DNA of 47,888 nucleotides, filler included, from Jimgerdemannia flammicorona (lineage: Eukaryota), in the NCBI GenBank assembly GCA_003990765.1. It is 2 parts of 2 records of this genome, joined end to end, with 100 filler letters (N's around TTAATTAATTAA, not from the genome) between each part and the next. Parts side by side here need not be neighbours in the genome. Positions count along the whole stretch, not along the records: positions 1 to 23,896 come from RBNJ01001046.1; 1 more part is not named here. One strand, given 5' to 3'. Below are positions 1-12,200 of this stretch, in pieces. The first letter of the stretch is position 1, and the number at the start of each line of letters is the position of its first letter. The notes beneath the pieces were generated by a model. It searched no databases, was not told where the DNA came from, and saw only the letters and a list, made by a program, of their open reading frames with translations. The position numbers and the translations under genes are program-made.

Positions 1-1968
1 GTCAAAGTTGGTGAGGACTTTCATCCATCTAGCTTGCTTTCGAGAAAGGGTAGCCTGTGTCTTGATGTTGACTAATGACTTGTGGTCAGTCAATACAGTG
101 AAGTGTGCTCCTTCTAGATATAGTCACTATTTGATCAGAGTGTCTACGATGGCTAGCATTTCCTTCTCGTGAGTTGTATAGTTGATTTCAGCATCATTGA
201 ACTTGCAGGAGTGATAGGCCACAGGGTGTCCTTCTTGCCTGAGCACTGCTCCAAGAGCTAGGTCAGAGGCATCAGTGGTGACTTCATATAGTAGGGCAGG
301 GTTTGCTGCTTGAAGTACTGGTGTGGTTATCAGAGCATCTTTCAGCGCTTAGAAGGTGGTATCTTGTTCGGGTCCCCAATTTACAAGATTGTTGAAGTCT
401 TTCTCTTGTTTCATGGTCCAAGGTTGTTCTTGTTTCTTGCTGTGCTTGGTCATTTGGGTGAGAGTGGTAGCGATTTTAGCAAAGTTGGCAACAAATTGCC
501 TGTAATAGTTTGTTAATCCCAGGAATGACTGGAGGTCTTTCAGCTTCTTCGGTCTGGGCCAATCTTTGATTGCAGAGATTTTGCTGGGGTCCACTTTGAT
601 TCCATTCGGAGTGACAATGTGTCCAAGGAATTGAATTTCTTTCAGAAGAAATTCACACTTGCTGAGTTTTACAAAGAGTCTGTTTTCTCAGAGTTTCAGT
701 AGTACTAGTTCAAGGTATTCAAGATATTCCTCCAGGGTTTTGCTGAAGACTAGGATGTCGTCAATGTAGACAACAACAAATTTGTCTAGATTTGGATGCA
801 GAATGGTATTCATCAGTGTCTGGAAGGTTGCTGGAGCATTAGTTAAGCCAAAGGGCATAACCAGAAACTTGAAGTGTCCATAGCAAGTTTGGAAAGCTGT
901 CTTATAGATGTCTTCTTCTTTCATGGCAATTTGCCAGTAACCATTTCGCAGGTCAAAGGAGCTCATAAATTGTGGGTTGGTGAGCCTATCGAATATTTCA
1001 TCAATCCTTGGTAGTGGGCAATAGTTCTTGATAGTCTGCTCATTGAGATTGCAGTAGTCAATGCACATTCGCAGGTCTCCTCCTTTCTTAACAACGAAGA
1101 GGCCTGGTGCACCATAGGGTGATACACTAGGTCTGATGAATTCATATTCTAGGAGTTTATCGATTTCCTTCTTGAGTGCATCAATTTCTCTCAGAGACAT
1201 GTGGTAGATTGACTTGAAGGCTGGTTTGGCATCTGGGATAGTCTTGATTGCATGGTCTACTACTCATTTGGGAGGTAGGCCTTTCGGGAGCTTCTTTGGA
1301 AATATGTCTTGGAATTTCTGGAGTAGTGGTCTGACATGGCTGTCAACTTTGGAAAAACCTTCCTCAAAGTTCTCGGGTTCTCCTTTGGATGGTCGGATGG
1401 AGATGGCAAAGAGAGGGCATTTCTTGGCCAATTTCTTGAGTTGTAGCTTTTTGATGTAGGTGATCTTTGGTCCAGGGTCACTAGAGTTGAGTGAGTCCTT
1501 TTCGCCTTGTAGTTTGAAGTTGTGGCATCCTTTCTTGATGATCAGGGAATGGTTTACCCAATCAATCATGGGGTTCTCTTATTTTAACCATGGAGTCCCA
1601 AGGATGATTTCATTGTCAGGAAGTGGTACGATTTGGAGAGTAACATGTACTCGGTAGTCGCCAATTCGGAAGGGTAGATTGCAGACTTCTTTGTTAATAA
1701 CATGTGAGGTTCCATCAGCTTTAGCAACTGCTTGAGTTTGCTGTACTGGAGAGGTGAAGACCTTGAGTCTGTTGGCTGTTTCCTCATTGATGAAGTTGCC
1801 TGAGGCACCACTGTCTATCATAATCTTGACAGGTGCTCCATTGACAAAAGCCTTAAGGGTGAGCAGTTTGTCTGATCCAATGGTGGTGATTTCTGTTGTA
1901 GGAGCCTTTCTTCTGTTGGTTCTTCTTTGAGCCAGTTCGTTGACACAAGAGAAGCAATCATCAATCAT
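1..1968 (-). pseudogene. pol: Gypsy A pol (aspartic protease, RT, RNase H), single frame with nonsense mutations
   Basis: PR IMIDSGASGNFI (DSG at 1807-1815) and [48 protein letters not shown]. RNase H VTTDASD, YTTHEKEMLAI, TDHKSL. The ORF pieces share one frame and are separated by TGA/TAA stops. Confidence 0.95.
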
Positions 1969-2089
1969 TCGAGAAGAGTATATTCCAACACCATGAGGGC
2001 ATCGGCCACTTGGTATATGTATATCTGTCTTCGATCTTCTTGTAGAATTGTTCTTCTTTGCTCATGGTAGGTTGGGCTGGGGCCTTGTT

Positions 2090-2497
2090 TGATGAGCCAA
2101 ATCCTTTGGATCCTCAGATGGTGGGCAGTAGTTCAGGGACTTCCTTGACTGTCAGGGTTGACTCGATTTTTTCGAATAGGATCTGGGTAATGCAGAAGCC
2201 AATAGAGATCTTGAAGGGTGTCCAATGGTAGTTTCGAATGAGGACAATGATTTCGCCTGTATAATCTTCGTCAATGACTCCTCCTTCTACTGAGAGTCCT
2301 ATCAGTGCTAGGCTGCTGCGACAGCATATTCTTCCAATGTGTCCTTCAGGGATTTGGATACTGATTCCTGTATAGACTTGTTTAACTTCTCAGTTAGAAA
2401 CTGTAGCTTCTTCGGCTGTATACAGATCATATCCAGCTGCTTTTTGACTTCCTTTGGTTGGGGCCTTAGCAGTTTGTCTTAACTTGACAAAGTCCAG
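2090..2497 (-). pseudogene. Trimeric dUTPase domain of Gypsy A, in frame with the Gag zinc knuckle
   Basis: All five dUTPase motifs are readable: AGYDL, RSSLA, GVIDEDYTGEI, (R>C)ITQI, (R>*)GSKGFGSS. Two TGA stops fall at likely CGA codons. Confidence 0.93.
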
Positions 2498-4416
2498 TGT
2501 TCTGGTAGTCAGGTTGTTGAGGTGGTGCAGAGTGGTAACAGTTGCTCGTGTTGCTGTTCGGGGTTTTTGGTTGGGGCAGGCACTGGCCATGTGTCCTGTC
2601 TTTCAGCAATAGAAGCATGCTCTGCTTCTTCAAAGTTCATTTCTTTCACCTTCAGTAAGTTTCTTGAAGATACTTGGCTGGGTGAGTTCATGATTTCTGG
2701 GTATCCAAGAGGTGGATGTGGAGGGAGCTCAAGATGCTTCATGCTTGGGTTCTTCTTTCTTGGTCCAAGTCTTTTCCTTATTGTTGAATTGCCTTTGGGG
2801 CAGAATTGGTCCAGCTGTTAGGATTCACTTGACCACGGCTTGATTCTTGCCAGGCACCATTGTTGGTGATCACAACCAACTGGGCAGCCTTGTTCTCGGA
2901 TTTTTCTAGTAAGCCATTCAGGCAGGGCATCAAATAAATGGTCTGCTCTTGTACCATTTCATGCTTCATCGTTGGCAATATATCCTAGGCCAACAGTGTT
3001 CAGGAGTGACTTGAGTTTTGTACAGAAGGTTTTGAATTCTTCTTTGCCATATACATCAAATTTGAGGTTGCAGAGTTTTACTCAAGATTCAGCAATCATG
3101 GTTTCGCTGTGGTATTGAGCAATCATGAGTTGTTTGAGTCCAGGAGCTGCCGGATGGGCTCCATATCCTGGGGCATTGTTTGCTGCATTCTGAGCAACTA
3201 CTGCAGGTCGGGTATCCCATGTGAGGGGTTTTTCAGAAAGGGTTTGCCACTATTCTTTGGCAGGTTCTCAGAAGAATGTAACAACTTGGCGAACATAGGC
3301 TGTAGTGGTAGCAAAGAGTTGTTCCAGGGTGTAGTCTTGATTGTTTGTTAGAACGCGGTCAGCAACTTGCTCATTAGTCCATTGATTGGCTTCAAAGTTG
3401 GTGTCAACTACACTAATGAAGCTTTGGACTTCTTGTACAGTATGATTGAAGGTAGGTAGGCTCAGATTTTTGGTAGCTCGGGTCTGTTCAGCTAAGGTGA
3501 TGATAGTTGCTGCCATTATAGCTACTTGGGCTGTGAGATCAAGAATCTGTTGGTTCGCCATGTTGATTGCTGGAGGCGGTTGGACTGCTGGTAGTGGTGT
3601 TACTGGTACTACTTGAGGTACTGGTGCAGAGTGTGATGGGGTTCTTTGGGTCTGTGTAAGCTGCTGGAGTAGTAGTTGTGGGTCTGGAGTGAGGGCTTGA
3701 TAGATAGCTGTTTGTTGCTGTGTAGGTGTATTCTGTCCTGATGGGCATGTGTCTCCTTCAGTGGTATATCCGAGATCAAATTCGGTGAGATACTCCTCCT
3801 CTTCTTTGGTTTGGTCCCCCTGTAATTGGGTTTGCTCGGTGTCAAAATAGACAGAATTAGTTGTATATCTGATTTCGGATGGACTTAATTCAAAGTCAAG
3901 TTCAGGTTCGGTATTGATTTCAGATTCAGGTAGGACTGTAGCAGGGCCTGCTTTAGGTTCGGGGTCAGGTAGTTGATGAAGGGTTTCTCTTGCTTCTTCT
4001 TTGAGGATATGGTGGGCCTTGCTGTTCTGGAATCGGTAGTATAAGGCGGTCTTGGTCCTGGTGCAGTGAAAGTCGGTAGAGTTGAGCCACTTGGCTACAG
4101 AGGCTTGGGCTTCGTGAGGAACTAAAGCTAGAAAGACTGCTGCTGGTTGTCCTAGGTCACTCGGATTTGTAGAGCTGACAAAACTCTTATTGAGAAGGGT
4201 AAAGAAGGCTTCAATAAGACCTTCTTCATCTTGACTTGCTGGGTGTAGTGCAAGGAGTTCAGTGAATAGGGTTTCACCTATTTGCTGGTTTAACTTGAGT
4301 ACTTCTTTCTTTGAATGAAGTTTATCCCACTTGTTGCAGGTGTGGAGGTCAAATTGTCCTTGTACGTCAGGTTCAATTCTCTCCAGATTGTCAGATGGTT
4401 CAGGATAAATTCCAGT
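2498..4416 (-). pseudogene. gag: Gypsy A gag with CCHC zinc knuckle and long N-terminal open frame
   Basis: KLTEGERNEL*RSRACFYC*KTGHMASACP (CX2CX4HX4C) at ~2575-2660, and capsid-like LPTFN..V..FI..V and AKE*WQ. The frame is stop-free from 4416 to 3271. There is a frame change near 2850-2880. Confidence 0.8.
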
Positions 4417-5003
4417 TCAGAGGTTGGGCTTTATACCAACTTGTAGGAATTCTCAGAAGGGTTTGTAGCGGGGTGAGGAAGTATCTTGAAGTGGAATTGG
4501 ATTGTAAACTGCTGCTACCAAGTTGTAAGAGGGTTACTTTTTAGGGTAACCATTATGTAGTCTGGAAAGGTTTTCTGGATATTCTGGATGTTCTGGAAGA
4601 CCTTTTTCTTATGGTCAAGATCAATTTCATATGGAGTACATCCTCTATGCTTATTGATTTCAAGATTGGGTTGACATCTCAACCAAAGTCCTTTCCCAGA
4701 CTAGTTCTGGATGTTCAGGATTTTCCGTATTTCAGGAAGTTCAAGAAACTAAGACTAGCTTAGTTGAATTGGCGTATCGCTGCAGACAATACCCAATTAG
4801 GAAATTTCGTGATGGGGTTAGGAGTGGGACCTAACAGGGAGCAGATTTACTTAAGAGTGGTTTGTGGGTTACGGAATAGGTTTATTTGCTATTCATAATA
4901 TTGCTATACTAGAAGTATTTGTGTGAAGGGATATTGTGGGGAAGTGCTCAGGAGTTGTGTTTGGATTGTTTAAGTCTGAGATTCTGAGGTCTGGTGGAGG
5001 GGG

Positions 5004-5011
5004 TATTTATA
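5004..5011 (-). promoter_or_regulatory. TATA box of Gypsy A LTR
   Basis: TATAAATACCCCTCC on the minus strand, about 120 nt upstream of AATAAA, as expected for a U3/R layout. Confidence 0.55.
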
Positions 5012-5200
5012 ATAGTGAGGGGCTATCTGGACTATGCTGAATATGGACATAGCACTAAGTGCCTTGCTGAGTCGGAATGCAGTCATGTAGTACAAGTGTG
5101 ATCTGATATGTCAAGAGATCGTCTGACTGCTAAGTCAGTTCACAGTCATGTCATACAAAGCTAATCTAACTATACTATGACTGCTAGACTATTTATGGGT

Positions 5201-6298
5201 TTAGGCGCTGTCTGGGTAGTCTTCGATAACATCACTATCAATGACATCATCTCTGATAAAGTAGTCATCTAGGAAGAGTGGTTCGCGGATTACTTATCCT
5301 TGTTCGCTGAGGTAGTAATACATTGGGACTTCGTCTCCATCCCACAGGATAGCATCATCTGTCTCATAGGCTGGATAAGATGTTGGTGGGCGAAGGATGG
5401 GTGTATTGTCTTCGCTTTCATCAGATTCACTGTCTGCGTACCTTCTATAGGTTATAGCACTATGAGTTACAGGATTGTAGTAAGCTGGCGGCTGTGGTTC
5501 ATGTCACTCATACTCAGGTGGTGGGGTTGTTGTTTCGATCTCAAGGGTTGTCTGGAGGTACAGGTTGTGTTCTCCAGTCTCTTCATTGTAATTGAAGTAA
5601 TCGGGGGTGAACACGGGTTGATATTCGTGCCAGTGGTCATTGTCCCAATAAGTCTCATATGCAGTTATGAACTGTTGCAAGTTCATTGGCAAGTTTGGCA
5701 GTGTGATTCAGGGTTGCAGAGATCCTTGGCTAGAGGTCATGTCAGCATCAGAGGGATCATTGTCTTCTGCTTCATCTTCATCGAAGTGAATTATATTGTA
5801 GACATCCTTCATGGCATATCTGACTTGAGGTATTTGCAGGATATGGTCATCAGGGTGTGGAAAGGTTCTGTCTGTGGTCTGGATGTATTCGAGGTACTTG
5901 TGGTTGAGTTCTTGTATCATGTTGTCGATTTGGCCATAGGACAGGGTAGCAACCATTTCACTGGTAGTAACACGGAGGCGGGGAATAAAGGTATTGTACT
6001 CATAGAAGAGTTCTTGATGTTTGCGGGCAATGAGCTTCTGGTGTTGAGACATCTGGGTAATGTCTGTATTGTGGTGGTGTTCGACCATATCTTCCAGGAG
6101 GTGGCCGATCTGGTAGTAGCTTGAGATTTGTCCGATTCGGTGGGCCTCGCTAAGTATGTTCAGGGCATTCCATCAGGCTTCCATGAAGTAGTGAGGTGCC
6201 AGACTATGGATATTCATGAGGGGCAGAGGGGGTGTGGCTCGGTAGACAATGGCATTCCAAATGTCAGCACGGATATGGTTGTAGATCTTGGTGGTCAT
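5201..6298 (-). pseudogene. Unknown accessory ORF (~366 codons) within the putative U3 of Gypsy A
   Basis: ORF-track pieces 6173..6355, 5708..6088 and 5504..5692 are in one frame and continue to TAA at 5201-5203. Breaks are three TGA and one TAA. A TATA-like run lies upstream at 6368-6381. Confidence 0.7.
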
Positions 6299-6586
6299 GT
6301 TTGTGTGTTTGGAAGTCGTGGTTGTTGTTTGTTTTGGTTCTCTGATTTGATGCATCTCGGTGCTCGGTATATATACATATAGTCCTGATTGGTAAGATTC
6401 TGTTTGTGTAAATCTTGTGTTCCATGACTTCGTATTGACTCAGCTTTGTATGCTGTGACTTCGGTTTGACTCAGCTTTGTGATCAAGCAGGTGATTTCCA
6501 GATTTATTCAGAGGTCATGTGTAATTTCGGTGGCTTATTCAGAGGGTGACATATAATTTCAGTGGCTTGGAGGTTGTGCGCTTACA

Positions 6587-7371
6587 ACCTCACCACCATC
6601 TCCTTCAGCTGAACCTCTTCCTCCATTCATAGCACTTTCTTTAGCTCATCTACTTCCTTTTGTATCTGCAGAATTCACCAATCAACCATCCCCCAATCCT
6701 TCAATAACCCCACCCACATCCCCAGAAGTACTGCCAATTGCTGTGAAGCCTATTGTACTTACTGCCACTGCTGAGTACTCCTTTCTTTCCCTGTCTCCCT
6801 CCAGTACCTCTGAGCACTCAATTTCAGCCACTGCCAGCAATCCCCAATCACTAATCCCTGCTCCCACCACCTATCAATCTTCTCAATAACTTCTACCTCT
6901 CAGTCTGTCCATAAGGAACCATCCTCCTGCAAAGAAGAATTCAGTCACCAATATCTGGGCCCATCCCCACTTCTCCCAAATCTCTCACTTCCTATCAGAC
7001 CCCAGTGATCTGATCATGGGCACCAAACCACCTCCAGCATATCTCAGACATCCACTCTCCAGCACTCTGCCATTAACACTCAGTTAATTCTAGAGCCCAG
7101 CCCTGCCACCCAGTGGGTATAAATTTGGCAATCTATCCAAAACTATCACCCTGAGTCAACCAAGGAGCTCAACCTCTCAATTACCATCCAATCATCCAAC
7201 CCACCACTTCTGCCTCTCATTCCTCTTCCACCATCAGTCCTGTCTATCCCATTATCATGTACTATATTGAAATTACCCCCCAGGCAATCAATCCCTACCT
7301 CACCCATAACACCAGTCTCTCTCAGATCTCTGATCCAATCTATGCATGACCCCCTCTCAGCTGGACAATAA
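6587..7371 (-). mobile_element. L1/Tx1-like LINE fragment (endonuclease region of ORF2)
   Basis: Reverse complement aligns with 20440-21230 and encodes CLGGNFNIV (GDFN motif). Confidence 0.88.
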
Positions 7372-8572
7372 CATGACCCAGTTCTTGGATGTGAGTGGCA
7401 GTTTGTATAGTATAGATGGTCAGGCAATTTAGCAGTTTCCATATGCAATTTCTGTGTGATGATCTTGTGTAACACAACAATCTCCAAAAGTATGTGATTT
7501 CTGGCATGATGATCTTGGCGTAACGATCTCTGTGTAGCACAAGTGGATTCCTTCTTAGATGGTGGACAATTTCTATATAGTGCGACAATCTCCAAAAGTA
7601 TGTGATTTCTGCATGATGATCTTGGTGGCATTCTGTATTTGGTGGCAAACTCAATGTGGCAGATAACTCAGTTAACTTAGTTTGGCATGGATTTACCTAA
7701 ATTGGCGAGCTCTTCTGGGAATATTAGATAACTTGATAACTCAGATAACTTGGATAATACAGATAACTTGGATGGCAAATAATTCGATAGCTCGGGTGCA
7801 GATTCTTTGCAAGTTACATCAAGACTGACTTCATTTGTGCAGGGTTATGTCATAGACTGGCTCCACTGCAAGGTTGTATCAGATGACTAGATTGTGGCAA
7901 GGTTCCTTATAGCAGACTCTCTGGGAATAGCAGCAGATTCTTCTCTTTGCAAAGTTACATCAAGACTGGCTTTGTTTATATGGAGTTACATTAGATGGAC
8001 TGCAGTTATGTATGTCAACAGACTGGCTTTGTGGCAAAAGGTGGACTTCTTGAAAATGACAGCTCTTTTTTGAGCAGCAGATTTACTCAAATTCTTCAGA
8101 CTTATCTAGCAAGTGCACCAAAACATAACAGACTCTACTTTGTATCAGAAAGTGGACAAGAGTAAAAAGTAAGCTCATAATCTCCTAGCAGTGGCTTTAG
8201 AGTTCTTCTTGAAGTATAATAGGTAGACTTGTCTTTTGCTTTTGAACTTTTTAGACTGAGGTTTATTCACTCTTGTCTCTGTGATATTTTATATAGTTAT
8301 AATAACTACCTGGTTGCTATATTGCTAATTATAGATTTATATCTATGACAAGTATTCCTAGATAGTTCAGTATACTGATACAGTGTACTGAGCTAGAATA
8401 GTATATCAGGCTGATATGGTATACTGGTTCAGAATGAATAAACATACTATTTCTGATATCTCTGTCTAATTATATAGGTTGGTATAGTAAAGCAGTCTTA
8501 GTTGCTTAGTATACTAGATATGATATTTGGCTAATTTATAATTTCAGTAGTATACTTCTGCTACTCATCATA
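7372..8572 (-). repeat. 3' LTR of Gypsy B1 (distal end cut by the LINE)
   Basis: Homologous to 44405-45626 (e.g. 8095-8355 vs 45224-45468). It starts right after a degenerate PPT at 8573-8590. Confidence 0.7.
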
Positions 8573-8612
8573 TCAGTCTCTACAAAAGAATATTCTATCC
8601 TCAAACTATTCT

Positions 8613-9449
8613 TTACTCATTATTCCAATATATATAAGTATCTTTAGTATCAATATCTAAACTATTATCTTTATTTGAATCAGAGTTACTCTATTCAACA
8701 GATTCTTCTTTCTCTGAGAACAGGATTTTGATATAGTTGATGATACTTAAACAGATAATGGAATTTATTCCTTATATATAGATATCTCAGATAGCTGGCC
8801 ATATGGCCAATGGCTGGCCAGAGTGGCTTGGCCTTAAATTTACAGTCAACTAAACTTAAATTTAGTCTGGCCAGCTAGTCAATCTATAATTTAAGGCTGA
8901 GTCACTCTGTCTCAGCCTTAAATTTATAGCTAACTGATCAAGTGGTATTTATGAACCTTTTATTTAATTTGGAGAATTTGGAAATCAAAACAGCTAAATA
9001 AAGCCTAGCTATTTGATCAACTAGCCAATCTATAAATTTTAAGACTGAGTCACTCTGGCTAGCTATTTACTATATGGCCAGCTATCTGAGATCTTTACTT
9101 ATATATCACTCAGGAAGAACTATATCTATATCAGTGCTCTAGTCTTTCATTTATAGATAGTATATAGTCTGTCAGCAGTAATAGTGTTTTTTCAGATCAG
9201 GTCAGTGGAGTTTCTGATATAGATCAGGTCTGGAACTAGAAGATTCTACAACTGTTCTCTAATTACATAGTAAGCCTGCAGTTGGTAGACTTGTAGTAGG
9301 TATCTAGCCCAAGTGAGGTTCTTCTAATAGGTCTGAATTTATTGGAGAGAATTTTCATTAGCTTGGTAGAATTATGGTAAGAGAACTGAGAGAGATTAGA
9401 ATGAACTAAAGATAAGAGTCTGGAGATACTGATCAATTTTCTGATTTAT
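8613..9449 (-). pseudogene. Accessory ORF downstream of integrase in B1 (interrupted by the MITE)
   Basis: Translates (M>I)NQKIDQYLQT...QAYYVI(G>R)EQL...TADRLYTIYK...acidic tail. Homologous to 45667-46182. Confidence 0.7.
8779..9097. mobile_element. hAT-type MITE, 319 bp
   Basis: ~26-bp terminal inverted repeats (core ATCTCAGATAGCTGGCCATAT) and an 8-bp TSD CTTATATA at 8771-8778 and 9098-9105. It has subterminal repeats, and the empty site is present in B2 near 45831-45838. Confidence 0.9.
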
Positions 9450-12198
9450 AGTATGGAGAGTGATATAACTTGAGGTAGTTGATATGTACTAATATCCTCA
9501 GGGTTTGCTCATTTATATTTCTTAAATAGATACTGATTTCTCTGAAGTTACATACATATAAGATAAGATTCTTCTATTTGAGTTTCAATTTGATAGCAAA
9601 GTTTGTTTTGATCATACTTCTTCAATCTAGTACTTGATCTCCAATCTTGATCTTTTCATCCTTTTGCTTCTAATAATAGTACTTATTTTGTCTTTCTTGG
9701 GCCTTAATAATCTGAACTCAGGCTTGATTACATAACTGTTCTGCCTTCTTGAGAAGATCTCCAAGGTTCTCAAGGTTAGTAGTTTTGATTTTTTTGATAA
9801 ACATTATCTCAAATAGCTTTTTTTTAGTAGAGGTAGCAGGGGTATTCTGAATTTCCCATTGGATCTCAGATAAGCAGAGGTCTCAGTGGGTAGGATTGAC
9901 TTGGGTAAGTCTTTTTTTGATCATCTAATTCATTCATTCTATTATATCATTGGTCTGAGAGTAGTATAATATAGTCTGTTCAAGATAGATCCTATAAATT
10001 CAGATATAACTTATGATTATGTTATTGATAAATTCAGTGCATCAATCAGTGATAAGTTTTCTGAGAGTCTATATCTAAGTGTGAGTCTATGGAGAAGGTT
10101 AATGATGATCAGAACATATGTGATTTCTATTGAAAAAGCTTTGGGCCATTTGGTTGGATGTTCTATAAATACTAGAACATACTTATTACTTCATTATATA
10201 ACTGATTGGGGTCCAATTACATTTTCTTCTCATCTTTGAAAGATGTTGTCTAGTGGTATAATTGATTGTAATGATGCTTGATAATTCTTCTTTTCTTGGT
10301 ACTTCTGGTAAGTTCCACATTTCATAAATATATCTCAGACTTATATTCCAAGATTGAGTCAATGTTGATATGTTGTTTGGAGTTTTTTTTCCATATTTAT
10401 CTGTTCTTGGTGGGCTTTCTGGTATTCTTTTAGATGAGATATTTTTGTGCTTTGATGGCCAGAGGCACTTCCTTTAGGATACAGTTTCTTAGTATATCCT
10501 TCTTCTAGTTTATTAGGATTGGCAGAAAAGTATATCAATATTGTTGTGAGCTTTTCCTGCTTTATAGATAATAGTGATTTTATAATTTTGAAGAATATGG
10601 ATCCAGCAGACCAGGATTCCCATGGATTCCTTATAGTTGATTAGCCATTTAAGGTCAGCATGATCAGTTATCATAGTAAATCTATTTCTAATAAGATAAT
10701 ATTTGAACAGAGTGACCACCTATATGACTGTAAGATATTCCAATTTGGTGCTACCATAGTTGATCTGCTGCTGAATAGTAGCTTGACTTATATAAGCTAT
10801 AATATGGTTTTATTGGTCAAGTCTTTTCTGGGCTAAAACTGCTCTAAGGCCAAGTTTGGAGATATCTGTATACAAGATTAATGGCTTCTGTAGATTGGGA
10901 TATATAAGGATTAGTGCTGTGCTTATGTAGTGTTTGAGTTCCTTAAAGGCTAGTACTTGTGATTCTGTTCATTTATATGATACTTCCTACTTAAACAGAG
11001 TTTGGATTGGAGCAGTAATTTGGGCAAAGTTTTTGATAAATCTTCTGTAGTATATCAATATTAGGAATAATAGTGTTTTCTTCAGGATGTTAGTAACTAG
11101 CCAGTTGTTGATCTTCTCAGTTTTCTTTAGGTCTGCCTGGGTCTCATTTTTTGAAACTAAAAATCCAAGAAATTCAAGTTTCTGTTTTCTGAAGAAGTAT
11201 TTTTTAGCATTGAGTCTCAAGTAATTCATACAGATAAGCTTGAAAAATTCTTCTAATTAGTGCAGAGATTCCTTGAAATATACTGAATAGATATTGGAAT
11301 CATCTATGTATACAATCAAATAGCTGTAAATCAGTAGATAGACTGAGTTCATCATTCTCTAGAAGTTGAATGGTATATTGTAAAGTCGAAAAGATATTTA
11401 GAAGTACTCAAATAGTTTTTCTAGGGCAAGAAAGGCTGTCTTCTGAATTTCTTTAAGATCTATGGGGATCTCATAGAATCCTGCAAAAAGGTTCATATGT
11501 ACTACTGAAGGATCTGGTATCTTGTAACTGGTCCAAGAAGTCATTGATTCTAGATAAAGGATAAGCATCCTTCTCATAACTGAATCAAGTTTCCTATAGT
11601 CTGTATAAAGTCTCTATTCTCCTTTCTTTGGTACAATAAGTATAGAGCTGACCTAAAGGCTGATTGAGGCTCAGATGACTCTATTGTCTAAAAGTTCTTA
11701 AATTAAATTTCTTTAGATAATGGGGTATTCTATATGATTTCTGCCAGATGTATGTTGTATTTTCTGTATTTATACTATAGTAAGATGATGGGTATATTGT
11801 AGATTGCCATAATTAGTAGTGAAGATATCTTGATATTTATTGAGAAGTTCTACTAGTTGTTGTCATTGCTGGGTTATCAATTCTTCTCCAATGTTAGTGG
11901 AAGGCTTTACTATCTCCTGGGTCCCAGCAGGGTCTTTTCTTTCTTCTAGGACCTTTGGTTATTTTCCAATAAGTTTAGCTCATAGACTTCTCTGAGAGTT
12001 TGGTTAAGAAAGGGCACTAGATGTCCTATGATGATTCCTTTTAGTAAGATAATACTTTTCTAGCTTGGGTTAGTTGCTTGAGAGTGCACAGAATTTATCT
12101 TATCAGGGAATATATATTCCTTAATGTCCAGATTCAGGATGTCTTCATTGGATTCAAAGAAGCGATTTCTGGGGTCAGATGGTACAAAAATTTTGAAG
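9435..12198 (-). pseudogene. pol: Gypsy B1 pol (spacer, RT, RNase H, integrase), heavily mutated
   Basis: DYRKLDS, DAYPLSRI, YIDDSN, YYRRFIKNFAQI, ITDHADLKWL, VFIEHPTKWPKAF, AIKLKLK*KNL (degenerate GPY/F). Confidence 0.88.
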
Positions 12199-12200
12199 AT

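Larger units (their letters stand above)
1..6586 (-). mobile_element. Ty3/Gypsy LTR retrotransposon family A (5' part; 3' part lies off the left edge of the window)
   Basis: Minus-strand order Gag-CCHC, dUTPase, PR, RT, RNase H. It begins TGTAAG at 6586, exactly where homology to the flanking LINE fragment stops. Confidence 0.9.
4810..6586 (-). repeat. Putative 5' LTR of Gypsy A (~1.8 kb; inner boundary approximate)
   Basis: TGTAAG start, short internal repeats (GACTCAGCTTTGT x2) at 6437-6480, TATAAATA at 5004-5011 and AATAAA at 4881-4886 on the minus strand. The partner LTR is not in the window. Confidence 0.6.

Noticed and set aside
4770..4810. Primer-binding site of Gypsy A
   Set aside because: I could not match it to a tRNA 3' end or a clean self-priming complement, and the LTR 3' CA is not clear.
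5300..6124. 274-aa hydrophobic plus-strand ORF as a membrane or env gene
   Set aside because: It is the antisense shadow of the longer minus-strand frame 5201-6298, starts at a non-ATG codon and has no motifs.
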